DNA from: a virus
Lineage: Duplodnaviria; Caudoviricetes
Virus record (IMG/VR): IMGVR_UViG_3300027798_002719
Location: 1 to 35,231 of that record
Strand: one strand, 5' to 3'
Length of the DNA: 35,231 bases
Both the position numbers and the translations under genes were made by a program. Of the stretch, positions 16,187-25,331 are shown piece by piece. Every line of letters begins with the position of its first letter. Positions within the stretch are counted from its first letter, which is position 1. The notes beneath the pieces were generated by a model. It made no database searches and was not told the DNA's origin. It was given only the letters and a program-made list of their open reading frames with translations.

Positions 16187-16825
16187 TTATTCTGCGTCGG
16201 CCGCAGAGTCAAGGGTTACAAGTTCAGTACCGTCAATTTGAACAACAGTGATGTCTGCTAAAATGTCTGCGGCAGTGTCTGGCGCGGTAACTGTGATTGA
16301 TAGTTGGTTGTTATTTGGAACGCTTGACACTATGCGTGTTGATGATGTTGTACTATCACGGAAGCCACGCACAACTGCATCTTCAATAGCAAGTGCTAGT
16401 GTAGTGATTGCTACAGTAGCTACGTTTGTAGCCAACCCAGTTTCTTGTACGTTAAGTGCTTTCTGAGCATCAATAATGCCTGCTGTACGATCGTACTTAA
16501 CTGTGAATGCTAAACTTGTAGCAACATCGTCGCCAACTGTTTCTGCACCACCGGCTGCGATACCAGTTTCAATATCTAAAATTTGGCAATCTGCTAAACC
16601 TGTTAAACGATTAATAACATTTCGGAAACGAATGTTACCACGTGCTCGTGCTTTTGCTTTAACTAGGGTAGTTGGCAATGTTGCAAAACTATCTCCTGAG
16701 TTTGGTGTAATTCCACCGTTATCGTTACCGTCTGCGGTAGGATATGTGCCGGTGTTTGCTACCCAAACTACACGAAATAGTCCTGGGTTTAATTGGTTAA
16801 TGTCTTGTTGGAATCCTGATGGCAT
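16187..16825 (-). CDS. probable virion structural protein
   Basis: A/T/G/V-rich composition; AAGGAG RBS; TAAATA at 16849..16854. Confidence 0.55.
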   Translation of the reverse strand: MPSGFQQDINQLNPGLFRVVWVANTGTYPTADGNDNGGITPNSGDSFATLPTTLVKAKARARGNIRFRNVINRLTGLADCQILDIETGIAAGGAETVGDDVATSLAFTVKYDRTAGIIDAQKALNVQETGLATNVATVAITTLALAIEDAVVRGFRDSTTSSTRIVSSVPNNNQLSITVTAPDTAADILADITVVQIDGTELVTLDSAADAE

Positions 16826-16862
16826 CTTTGTGCTCCTTAATTATCTAATATTTATGCTTATT

Positions 16863-17171
16863 TCACTTAAAGAAAATTAATGCCATTAGAACTGCTTGGA
16901 TAATAAAGCCAAATCCAATAGTAACAATGTTTAGCATGTCTTTTTGTACTGTAGCCTTAAGAAACAGCAAAGTTAAGCCTGTCCAAACTAACAATACTAG
17001 ATCAACTCCGGGTAATCGATCAGTTAGCCCGCTCATCATTGCCAATAAACTAGGAATCGTAGCGGCATGTAATACAATAGCCGCCATCCAACCTAGTGTC
17101 TCAGCTGAAATATGTGAGAACTTGTTTGCTACAAAATCTTTAAATTCAGTAATGCTTACGAACTGGTTCAT
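16863..17171 (-). CDS. small 3-TM membrane protein
   Basis: Three hydrophobic segments; ATGA overlap with the hydrolase gene. Confidence 0.7.
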   Translation of the reverse strand: MNQFVSITEFKDFVANKFSHISAETLGWMAAIVLHAATIPSLLAMMSGLTDRLPGVDLVLLVWTGLTLLFLKATVQKDMLNIVTIGFGFIIQAVLMALIFFK

Positions 17172-17722
17172 TTGTCTTCCTTCTTTGCTGTGTAAAAAAT
17201 ATGGTTACCAATACTGCCTATCTTCTCTAGTTGCCAGCGTGGGTTTACATAGTTAGCATGATAATACAGTGCGTCTTTCAGAATGTCAAGTTTAAAACCT
17301 TCCAAAAGTACTTTCTTGGCTACTCTGTAGCTTTCATCGTATGCGGCTTGATTAACAGGGCGTGATTTAGCGGCGCTGTCACATGCCCATGAAAATTGGC
17401 ACACGACTCGCTCCATTATAACATTTTTCTGATAAACCACACCGCAAACATCTTTGCCAAACTGTCCCTTGGCTACTCTATTCATAGTTACTTGTGCCAC
17501 AGCAACTTTACCTTCAAACGGCTCATGACCCGCTTCACGATAGATATTAATTGCTAGACAATCCAATTGCTTTTCACGAGTTTGAATCGTAACAACATCT
17601 GGTGCGTTATAGATAGTCGATTCTTTCAGCCTCGACATTTTGTTTTGTGTTATTGATGTAACAAAGATAGTTACAGCAATTAGTCCTGCCAGTAGGGCAG
17701 ACAATCTCATTACTTTTTCCAT
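17168..17722 (-). CDS. SleB/CwlJ-like cell wall hydrolase (Hydrolase_2)
   Basis: CLAINIYREAGHE, AVAQVTMNRV, CQFSW, YYHANYVNPRW and IGNHIFY motifs; N-terminal TM; start at ATG 17722 after AAGGAG. Confidence 0.93.
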   Translation of the reverse strand: MEKVMRLSALLAGLIAVTIFVTSITQNKMSRLKESTIYNAPDVVTIQTREKQLDCLAINIYREAGHEPFEGKVAVAQVTMNRVAKGQFGKDVCGVVYQKNVIMERVVCQFSWACDSAAKSRPVNQAAYDESYRVAKKVLLEGFKLDILKDALYYHANYVNPRWQLEKIGSIGNHIFYTAKKEDK

Positions 17723-17744
17723 AGTGTTTTCTCCTTTCACTTGG

Positions 17745-17975
17745 TGTGATCAAAACAATCACATTACATTAAGGGAGTTAACTTCACGAGGCTCTGATGA
17801 TGAACCCTGGGTTCGTGTAGTTGTCTCCATTAGCCTCCGACTTCTCATAAAAGTCAGTACCTTTGGCGAGCATGGCTTCCCGAATCTCACGGGTTTCTCA
17901 TTGGCCAAGACTCGCGGGTCTAATCAAAATAGTACTACTTTTAACTAGACCTACTATCTTGTTTCTTTGCGAAAC
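17745..17975 (-). ncRNA. long structured leader RNA upstream of the cell wall hydrolase
   Basis: About 230 nt of non-coding sequence with at least seven stems and an internally repeated motif. Confidence 0.6.
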
Positions 17976-18022
17976 GTATAATATATAGTTCATATGTCCA
18001 AAATATCCCATATAATGTGGGG

Positions 18023-18418
18023 TTATCGTCTCATTTTGGCAATATCAACTGCTTCTTCATTACTGAAGACTGGTACAGCATTACTCTTGTGCATAGTAGC
18101 AATGCCTTTAACCATAGTACCTGTGTAAACTTTTGGGGCCTTGAGCGTTGCATTACCACCAGTATCAACACTTTTAAGATGTGCAGTGGTGTTTCGGCCT
18201 TCTGGTATAGTCAACTTATAAGTAGAGCTTAACGGAGCCGCAGTCATAGCACGATTGCGTTTTCGATCTTCAGCTTCTACATTATGCTTCTTGAGAAGTT
18301 CTTTCCAACTTGCGTCCAAATCTCTAGACTTTCTTGCTTGTTCTGCACTAGCAAATTTCTTTTTACCTTTTTGCTTGCCAGTGGTACTGAGCCACGGACC
18401 TTCTAAATGCATACTCAA
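18023..18418 (-). CDS. T4-like phage hypothetical protein
   Basis: C-terminal YTG...GIATMHKSNAVPV motif, recalled from T4-like phage proteins; basic; start is TTG 18418 or ATG 18412. Confidence 0.75.
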   Translation of the reverse strand: MSMHLEGPWLSTTGKQKGKKKFASAEQARKSRDLDASWKELLKKHNVEAEDRKRNRAMTAAPLSSTYKLTIPEGRNTTAHLKSVDTGGNATLKAPKVYTGTMVKGIATMHKSNAVPVFSNEEAVDIAKMRR

Positions 18419-18449
18419 AATAATCTCCAAAAGTTATAACAATACAGTT

Positions 18450-18478
18450 ATTATACTGTCTAACTTTAGATAAGTCAA
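18450..18478 (-). promoter_or_regulatory. sigma70-like promoter
   Basis: TTGACT-17 nt-TATAAT. Confidence 0.7.
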
Positions 18479-18484
18479 TGATTG

Positions 18485-18811
18485 TTATACTCGAAAACTT
18501 TCCCCGCAACCGCAACGGTCACGTTCGTTTGGATTGATGAAATCAAAACCTTCATTTAGTCCGTTGCGGACCCAATCCATTGTTAAGCCATTTAGATAGG
18601 CTAGACTTTTGGCATCTACTAGCACTACAAAATCTTTTTGGGCAAAATTAGTAACGCCGGCTTCTGCGGTGTACTCATCTACATATTCTATAGTGTATGC
18701 TAGTCCACTACATCCTGTAGTTCTTACACCTAGTCGAATGCCTGCGCCTTTACCACGACGCTCTAAATTCTGCTTGATTTTTTTATAAGCTGTGTCGGTT
18801 ACGGTAATCAT
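18485..18811 (-). CDS. iscA: Fe-S cluster A-type carrier
   Basis: TTGCSGLAY and CGCGESF motifs. Confidence 0.95.
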   Translation of the reverse strand: MITVTDTAYKKIKQNLERRGKGAGIRLGVRTTGCSGLAYTIEYVDEYTAEAGVTNFAQKDFVVLVDAKSLAYLNGLTMDWVRNGLNEGFDFINPNERDRCGCGESFRV

Positions 18812-19166
18812 TTACGGCCGCTTTGATAGCATCTTCTGCCAATATACTGCAATGTATCTTTACAGGAGGTAAGGCTAGCTCTTCGGCAATTTGACTATTT
18901 TTAAGATTAACAGCATCATCAATATGCATGCCTTTAACCCATTCTGTAACAAGACTTGAACTGGCAATTGCTGAACCGCAGCCATAAGTTTTAAATTTGG
19001 CATCTGTAATAACACCATCTTCGCCTACTTTTATTTGCAATTTCATCACATCGCCGCAAGCAGGGGCACCAACCATACCAGTACCAATACTAGGATCACT
19101 CTTATCAAAAGATCCAACGTTCCTGGGATTTTCATAGTGGTCGATGACCTTGTCGCTGTATGCCAT
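18783..19166 (-). CDS. iscU: Fe-S cluster scaffold
   Basis: DHYENPRNVG, APACGD, GCGSAIASS and LPPVKIHCS motifs. Confidence 0.97.
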   Translation of the reverse strand: MAYSDKVIDHYENPRNVGSFDKSDPSIGTGMVGAPACGDVMKLQIKVGEDGVITDAKFKTYGCGSAIASSSLVTEWVKGMHIDDAVNLKNSQIAEELALPPVKIHCSILAEDAIKAAVNDYRNRHSL

Positions 19167-19181
19167 ACTGTATTTATATTA

Positions 19182-19376
19182 TTATTTTACTTCTTTACGA
19201 GCGTTTTTAACTGCGGTAACATCGTTACGAGTTTCTTTGCACAACTTGGCCAAATCTTGACAATGTTTACGAACACGGGTGCCGGCGGCGCCAACTTCCT
19301 TGTCATAAAACTTTTCAAAGTCTGCTTCCATTGCTTCTACGATTGCTGTGAATTCTGCGTGTTTGTTTGTAGCCAT
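19182..19376 (-). CDS. histone H1-like (Hc1-type) small protein
   Basis: DFEKFYDK...AAGTRVRK...LAKLCKETR pattern. Confidence 0.7.
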   Translation of the reverse strand: MATNKHAEFTAIVEAMEADFEKFYDKEVGAAGTRVRKHCQDLAKLCKETRNDVTAVKNARKEVK

Positions 19377-19416
19377 TTTATTAATCCTTTATATGAAGTA
19401 CAGAGTACTTATACCT

Positions 19417-19445
19417 AGTGTACAGGGGTTAAAAATAAATGTCAA
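19417..19445 (-). promoter_or_regulatory. sigma70-like promoter
   Basis: TTGACA-17 nt-TACACT. Confidence 0.65.
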
Positions 19446-19693
19446 CCAACATTGGCGAATACAGTTGTGCTACTCGAACTGATACTTTGGCCGTCTGCGA
19501 TAATGTCGGCCTCTCTTGCCATTGGCTTATCGTTTACAAAAACGGTTGTAGATCCTTGAGCAACAACAAGACCTGTAGCAGTAATTGAGCCTTCATGGGC
19601 TACTTTTTTATTTTCGATATAAGTGTCAATTGATCCAGAAATGATCATGTGTTGACTCGCCGAATCGATATCACAACGTGCTACGCCTGGCAT
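19442..19693 (-). CDS. PAAR-like spike-tip protein
   Basis: MPGVAR start; repeated GS.TVFVN.KP.AR..D units; ends SSTTVFAN. Confidence 0.8.
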   Translation of the reverse strand: MPGVARCDIDSASQHMIISGSIDTYIENKKVAHEGSITATGLVVAQGSTTVFVNDKPMAREADIIADGQSISSSSTTVFANVG

Positions 19694-20436
19694 TATCCAG
19701 GTCCTAATATTGTTTTAGAAGCAAGTGCCGATGCTTCGGCAGCCGCCTTCTTGACTGTTTCTGCTGGTTTAGTTATTCCAATCCAACCTTTAACTGTGGT
19801 AAACGCATTTGCAGCCGCAGTACCAATAAAACTTTCTGATATCATATTTCCAACCGACGTTGTGGTCCACGAAACAGCCGATCCAATACTTTGTTCAACT
19901 AGATTAGCGGCGGCCATTGCCGCTTTGATTGGACCAACATTTGTTACAGTGTCTTGAATTGTTGTAACAAGACCAGCTGGTTCAACGACTGTTGGTTCTA
20001 TCCCAGATCTTACTAGCGCCGCATTAGTTGTTTGTTGTTGGAATTTATTATTTTTAATAGTCTCAGCTAACTGCACTTGACCGGTAGTTACACCTGCGGC
20101 AACCTGTGATGATACTTGTGCTAGTCCGACTTGCATGCCAGATAATTTTGCGGCAATTTCAGATTGTGTTTCCATCATACTTGCCATCATTGCTGACATG
20201 TTATTAAGAGCTTTTCCCTGAGCGGCTAGTACAGCGATTGGAGCACCTGGAGTGCCAAGTCCGGCCGCACTCCATTGAGCAATGTTAAATGAATTCATTG
20301 TGGTCATCTGTGTAGTTACAGCAAGCGTTAATTTATCAACCGCGGCCGCGATAGCAACAAGTTCAATGGTTTGATCAATAGTCGTAACTTGACCATTTGT
20401 CTGACCACTAAACGTACCAATTATTTGAACACCCAT
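19693..20436 (-). CDS. probable tail/baseplate-associated protein
   Basis: A/T/S/Q-rich helical protein translationally coupled to the PAAR gene; TAAATA at 20460..20465. Confidence 0.5.
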   Translation of the reverse strand: MGVQIIGTFSGQTNGQVTTIDQTIELVAIAAAVDKLTLAVTTQMTTMNSFNIAQWSAAGLGTPGAPIAVLAAQGKALNNMSAMMASMMETQSEIAAKLSGMQVGLAQVSSQVAAGVTTGQVQLAETIKNNKFQQQTTNAALVRSGIEPTVVEPAGLVTTIQDTVTNVGPIKAAMAAANLVEQSIGSAVSWTTTSVGNMISESFIGTAAANAFTTVKGWIGITKPAETVKKAAAEASALASKTILGPG

Positions 20437-20462
20437 AGCTTTATCCTAATATATGCTAGTAT

Positions 20463-20753
20463 TTATGCTAGAGCAATTCCGGTGGTGCTTTCAATAAATT
20501 GCTTGGCAAACGATGCATCTGTTGCTTCCGCTACTGTAACTGTGGATTTTTGTAGTTTGATTTCTTTATCTGGACTCACTGTAAACAAGTAAGGCATTAG
20601 TCCTGGACCTTTTGGGCCCATACCAATTACTTGCGGATTTTTTAATGTGTAATGTAATGGCCCGTCTTCTACTAATTTGGCGACAATTTCTTCGCCGCTT
20701 GTTAGTTTAAGTGTAACTACTTCACCTTCCGAGAAACCCTTTGAAATAAACAT
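20463..20753 (-). CDS. small beta-barrel (Sm/SH3-like) phage protein
   Basis: VVTLKLTSGEEIVAK...TTGI pattern, recalled from T4-like phage proteins. Confidence 0.65.
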   Translation of the reverse strand: MFISKGFSEGEVVTLKLTSGEEIVAKLVEDGPLHYTLKNPQVIGMGPKGPGLMPYLFTVSPDKEIKLQKSTVTVAEATDASFAKQFIESTTGIALA

Positions 20754-20754
20754 G

Positions 20755-20997
20755 TTATACCTTTAGTGTGTTGAAAAATTCTTCGTCTTTGTCAGCTAAG
20801 CCTTGAAAGCCGCCGGGTAAGAGAACCCCATTCTTGAAAATTTGTGGAACTGAACGAAGCCCTTGTTCCATGAGAAACTCTCTTGCGCCAGAGTTTTCCT
20901 CCATCTTAATTATCTTAAATGGAATATCTTTACTTTCTAATAGTGCTTTTGCTCTGTCACAAAACGGACAGTTGTTTTTTGAATATACTGTGATCAT
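20755..20997 (-). CDS. glutaredoxin
   Basis: CPFC, SVPQIF and GGF motifs; downstream of nrdB. Confidence 0.95.
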   Translation of the reverse strand: MITVYSKNNCPFCDRAKALLESKDIPFKIIKMEENSGAREFLMEQGLRSVPQIFKNGVLLPGGFQGLADKDEEFFNTLKV

Positions 20998-21008
20998 CTT
21001 TTCTCTTT

Positions 21009-22109
21009 TTATAGTGCGGGTAATTCGTCATACTCGATTGCATCACTCATTATGCCAATTACATAATTTGTGCTTTCATTTTCTTGTAATGCTGTTTGTT
21101 TCTTACTCGTATCTACGTGTTTATTAAACCACGGGATAGGGGTAGATTTAGGTGCTGGGTTGTTATACTTAATGCCAATATCTTTAAGTGCTCCAACTGC
21201 GGTGTAGTCCACGAAGTCTTTTAGAATGTTGGCATTTAATCCGATCACTGGCCCTTTATTAAACAAATAGTTTGCCCAGTCCTTCTCTTCACGGATAACA
21301 TCCATGTATAAATTATACACTTCTTGTTCGCATTCTGCTTTCACTTCGGCAAACCTGTTATCTTCTTTAACCACTTGATTAATCAAATAAGCGGTCCAAC
21401 CTTTGTGCAATAATTCGTCTTGTAAAATTAAACTGATGATATTGCCATTACCCATAAAAATACGATTCTCTACCATTGCAAGACTTGTAGCAAAGCTAAC
21501 CATAAAACGGAAAGCTTCTAATGCATAACTTGCATGTAATGCCATCCATATTGCTCGAATGTATTCTTTTTCCGGAATAGTTTCGCCTAACTGCTTACGA
21601 CAGTTAACCATGTGCAATGCTTCGTAGTAGTCGCCAACGCTTGAAGCCATGTCCACAATTTCTTTAGTGTCATGGATAGTATTGAACACATCCTTGGGCA
21701 CATTATAGATATTTCGGATAATATGGCTGTAGCTCTTTGAGTGAATGTTAGTTTCAAAGAATGTCCAGTTGTACACCAATGCTTCTAGTTCTGGCAGGCT
21801 GATTACTGGCATAAAGATTTGGCTTGGGCCACGACCCTGTAAACTGTCCAATGCTGTCTGACGTAACAAGTTGCTGGTAAAGATATGCTTGACAGCATCA
21901 CTGGCATCTTTAAAGTCATTGCTGTCTTTCGTTAGGCTAATCTCTTCAGGTTGCCAAAAGAAGCCACGTGCTGTTGCTTCAAAGTCTGCAATTTTTTTGT
22001 ATTTTACTTCTTCAAATCGTTGTATGGTCACAGGACCAGCTGGGTCCAGAAACATCTTGCGATTGAGATAGTCTGTCTTGGTGTTTAAATTATATTGTTG
22101 TTTTGACAT
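21009..22109 (-). CDS. nrdB: class Ia ribonucleotide reductase beta subunit
   Basis: FFWQPEE, LDSLQGR, ETNIHSKSY, LEAFRF and DELLH motifs; start moved to ATG 22109. Confidence 0.96.
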   Translation of the reverse strand: MSKQQYNLNTKTDYLNRKMFLDPAGPVTIQRFEEVKYKKIADFEATARGFFWQPEEISLTKDSNDFKDASDAVKHIFTSNLLRQTALDSLQGRGPSQIFMPVISLPELEALVYNWTFFETNIHSKSYSHIIRNIYNVPKDVFNTIHDTKEIVDMASSVGDYYEALHMVNCRKQLGETIPEKEYIRAIWMALHASYALEAFRFMVSFATSLAMVENRIFMGNGNIISLILQDELLHKGWTAYLINQVVKEDNRFAEVKAECEQEVYNLYMDVIREEKDWANYLFNKGPVIGLNANILKDFVDYTAVGALKDIGIKYNNPAPKSTPIPWFNKHVDTSKKQTALQENESTNYVIGIMSDAIEYDELPAL

Positions 22110-22110
22110 T

Positions 22111-22767
22111 TTAATATTTTCCTGAAGCAAGTACTATCTTGCAAATGTGTTCTAATCTTTCTATGTGTTCATAGGCACGCCATGGGGTGTTGCCAATGGC
22201 TACCACGCCGTGTCCTTTGATTCCCACTATGTCAAACTTGATGTTGCCTTCACGGTCAAGTCCCAAGTTGTGATGACATGCTTCGCCTAATTCTTCACTG
22301 ATAGGAGCAACATCTCCCACATTGTGTGCTACCTTGGTATAACGATTGAGTTCTGGAAATGCATCACTAACAGTACCTAAGTCAATACCGGCGTGCATGG
22401 CCGCAATACAGTAAGTAGGATGAACATGCACTACCACACGCACATCGTCTTTGTGCTGTCCCAATTCTTTCTGTAGTCCAAAATGCAAAGGCATCTCACC
22501 ACTAGGTTCCAAGTTGCCTGACAAGTCTGTTTGTTCAATGACTTCCCAATTATAGTTAAAAGCACCACTGCCAACACCACTGTTAATTGTTCTCCAGATT
22601 TTAATCTTCTTGAACATCTCTGGTTGCATGTTCTGTTTACGCACACCGCTGGGTGTTACATAAAAATGATCACGATCATGATGTCGTATAGAAATGTTGC
22701 CATCTCTGCTGGTTATCCAATTACGCTTGTAAGCGTCTACTAATATATCACAACAAGTTTCTAACAT
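22111..22767 (-). CDS. class II aldolase/adducin family protein
   Basis: DGNIS, TPSG, PSGEMPLH, HVHP and GHGVV motifs. Confidence 0.9.
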   Translation of the reverse strand: MLETCCDILVDAYKRNWITSRDGNISIRHHDRDHFYVTPSGVRKQNMQPEMFKKIKIWRTINSGVGSGAFNYNWEVIEQTDLSGNLEPSGEMPLHFGLQKELGQHKDDVRVVVHVHPTYCIAAMHAGIDLGTVSDAFPELNRYTKVAHNVGDVAPISEELGEACHHNLGLDREGNIKFDIVGIKGHGVVAIGNTPWRAYEHIERLEHICKIVLASGKY

Positions 22768-25115
22768 TATAGTTTACATGCCTCGCAGTCATCTTCCATT
22801 AAGTCTACTTCTACACGATGGAAACCATTATATCCATTCTGTGCTTGTTCTATTGGTGTCGGTTCAGCGGCCATCTTGCTACCTGCTTTGTTGATCAGAC
22901 TATAGTAGAATGTCTTTAATCCCCAATAGTGAGCAAGCATTAAGTTTTTAGCAATTAGTGTAGTTGGTACTTTACGATCCGCAAAGTGCGCTGGATTGTA
23001 GAATGTATTTGTACTAATACTTTGATCTACGTAGGCGGCAATAACTGCGGCAGTTTTAATATAACCGTCACAGTCTTTCTGTTCCCACATCATTTGATAC
23101 TTGTTCTTAAGTTTTGCATATTCAGGAACAACTTGTGTAAATGATCCAGCTTTACTTTCTTTAGTACTAATCAAACTCATAGGCATTTCAATACCGTTAG
23201 TGCTGTTAATAACAACACTTGAGCTTTCTACAGGTGCTACGGCCATTAGCGTAGCATTGCGTACACCATACTGCTTCATGTTACCACGTAATGTTTCCCA
23301 ATCAAGTTCGGGGGTAAAGTCTGCTAGATCATTTGCACCAGTGGCCCTTAACTCCCAAGGAAATACACCTTGACCATAACGTGTCTTGTCGCTGTGTGTA
23401 CAAGGACCGCGCTCTTTAGCTAGTTCAACGGTTGCTTCTGTTAGATAAAATGCTTGGTGTTCCATCCAGCTCTTAACTTCTTGTAGTGCATCCTTATCGC
23501 CGTAACGTAGTCCACGCTTGGCATGCCAGTAGGCCAAGTTAGTGATGCCGATGCCTAATGGTTGTATTTCATCGTTACTTAATTTACTTTGAATACTCAG
23601 GAAGTCTTGGTAATCAAGTATGTTGCACAGACTGCGTTGCAAAATGCGACAAGCCCGACGCATGTCTTCTGGGTTACGGAAGGCTCCCCAGTTAATAGAA
23701 CCAAGAGTGCATAAAGCGATGCGACCATCAGCATCATCGAGACGCTTAAAAGACTTAGTAGGTAATAATATTTCACAGCAAAGGTTGCTCTGGTAAATTG
23801 TATGATATTCAGGGTCAAATGGGCCTTGGTTCATTACATTGTCAATAAACACTAGATAGATACGTCCTGTGTCAGTACGCTCTTTCAGTATGCCCGATTT
23901 GAATACTTCTTCGGCGCTCATCGTTTTCTTACGGAGCCCTTTTTGTTTTTCGTATTTCACATATAGTTCTTCAAAGCGTTCTGTGTTTTGATAAAACGCT
24001 TCGTACAAGTCAGGAACTTCGTTGGGATCAAAGAATGTTATGTCTTCTTTGTTTTTAAATCTTCTCCAGAAGAAGGCACTAAGCACAACCCCATAATCCA
24101 TATGACGGACTCGGGTTTCTTCTGTTCCCTGGTTGTTCTTAAGCACAATAAGGTCATCAAACTGATGATGCCAAATAGGATAGAATACAGTAGCACTAGC
24201 ATTGCGGATACCTCCTTGTGAACATGATCGCAAATCACCAAACCATTTTTTCAGGAATGGAATCATACCTGTGTGCATAATCTCACCACCACGGATGGGA
24301 CTGCCTAGGGGACGTAGTCGTCCAATTTCTAAACCAATGCCAGCACGTTTACTGGCATACTTGGCCATCATTTCGCCACTAGCAAAAATGGAGTCAAGAT
24401 CATCATCACTGCGAATGAGTACACAACTACTGAACTGCTTAGTGGGAGTGCCAAGGCCAGCAAGAACAGGAGTAGCGAGAGTAAATAAACCGTCTGAAGC
24501 CGCATTGTAATATTCCTTTATGTAACGCATCCTTGCGCTGTTGGGTTCTTCTTTGTGAAACACCGTTGCAGCCGCTATCATATATCTAATCTGCGGAGTT
24601 TCATATGTTTGTTTTGTTGCACGGTTTTTAACAAGATATTTTTCAATCAACTGCTCAATAGCCGCATAGCTATACTGCTCATCTTTTTCATGATCCAGCA
24701 TGTCGTTCATCCGATTCCAATCGTCTTCTGTATACCATTCTAATAGTTCGGGGGTATACAAACCAACTTCAATATTTCGTTGCACAATAGAAAAAAGGCT
24801 TGGAGGTATATATGTTCCGTATACATCTTTTCGTAGCATACTTAAACGTTGTTTACCTGCTACGTATTGATAATTAGTATGCCCGAGATCTGGATTTGCT
24901 TCGACATCAATTAGATCTACAATAGCACGTAAAGTTATTTCATCAATTTCTTGAGTTGTAATACCATCATAAAAGTGTGGTTGGCTTTTAATCTCGATCA
25001 TACTCTGACTTACATCAGCTATGCCTGCACAAATCTTTGTTATCTGGGCCTGCCATTTTTCTACTGCTAGTGGTTCTTTATTGCCACTTCTTTTAATTAC
25101 TGTTATCTTTGTCAT
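22767..25115 (-). CDS. nrdA: class Ia ribonucleotide reductase alpha subunit
   Basis: N-terminal ATP cone (VIKRSG); QFSSC; SNLCCEI; KTFYY; C-terminal CEAC. Confidence 0.97.
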   Translation of the reverse strand: MTKITVIKRSGNKEPLAVEKWQAQITKICAGIADVSQSMIEIKSQPHFYDGITTQEIDEITLRAIVDLIDVEANPDLGHTNYQYVAGKQRLSMLRKDVYGTYIPPSLFSIVQRNIEVGLYTPELLEWYTEDDWNRMNDMLDHEKDEQYSYAAIEQLIEKYLVKNRATKQTYETPQIRYMIAAATVFHKEEPNSARMRYIKEYYNAASDGLFTLATPVLAGLGTPTKQFSSCVLIRSDDDLDSIFASGEMMAKYASKRAGIGLEIGRLRPLGSPIRGGEIMHTGMIPFLKKWFGDLRSCSQGGIRNASATVFYPIWHHQFDDLIVLKNNQGTEETRVRHMDYGVVLSAFFWRRFKNKEDITFFDPNEVPDLYEAFYQNTERFEELYVKYEKQKGLRKKTMSAEEVFKSGILKERTDTGRIYLVFIDNVMNQGPFDPEYHTIYQSNLCCEILLPTKSFKRLDDADGRIALCTLGSINWGAFRNPEDMRRACRILQRSLCNILDYQDFLSIQSKLSNDEIQPLGIGITNLAYWHAKRGLRYGDKDALQEVKSWMEHQAFYLTEATVELAKERGPCTHSDKTRYGQGVFPWELRATGANDLADFTPELDWETLRGNMKQYGVRNATLMAVAPVESSSVVINSTNGIEMPMSLISTKESKAGSFTQVVPEYAKLKNKYQMMWEQKDCDGYIKTAAVIAAYVDQSISTNTFYNPAHFADRKVPTTLIAKNLMLAHYWGLKTFYYSLINKAGSKMAAEPTPIEQAQNGYNGFHRVEVDLMEDDCEACKL

Positions 25116-25331
25116 GTATTCTCGCTCTGTAAGTTGTACGATAAATTTATATATGTTTAGGAAGTATTTAGTGATGACATGTTATTGCCTAAATCATATT
25201 GGTAATCACCTCTTAAGGCATAATTTTGAAAGAGATTCTTAGTCAAATAAAGTTTATCAAACCTTATCACAGAAATAAAATTAATTATATACGTAGATTT
25301 AGATAAAAGCAAGAGCTATGCTTACCGATCT

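Noticed and set aside
17640-17948. 102-aa plus-strand ORF over the hydrolase leader; CTGATGA near 17794 as a hammerhead core
   Set aside because: The ORF has a TTG start, overlaps the hydrolase antisense and has no motif. I could not build the three hammerhead stems around CTGATGA with a properly placed GAAA.
21009-25115. Intron, intein or unusual metal class in the ribonucleotide reductase
   Set aside because: Both subunits are uninterrupted and of normal length; NrdB keeps the standard di-iron ligands and radical Tyr.
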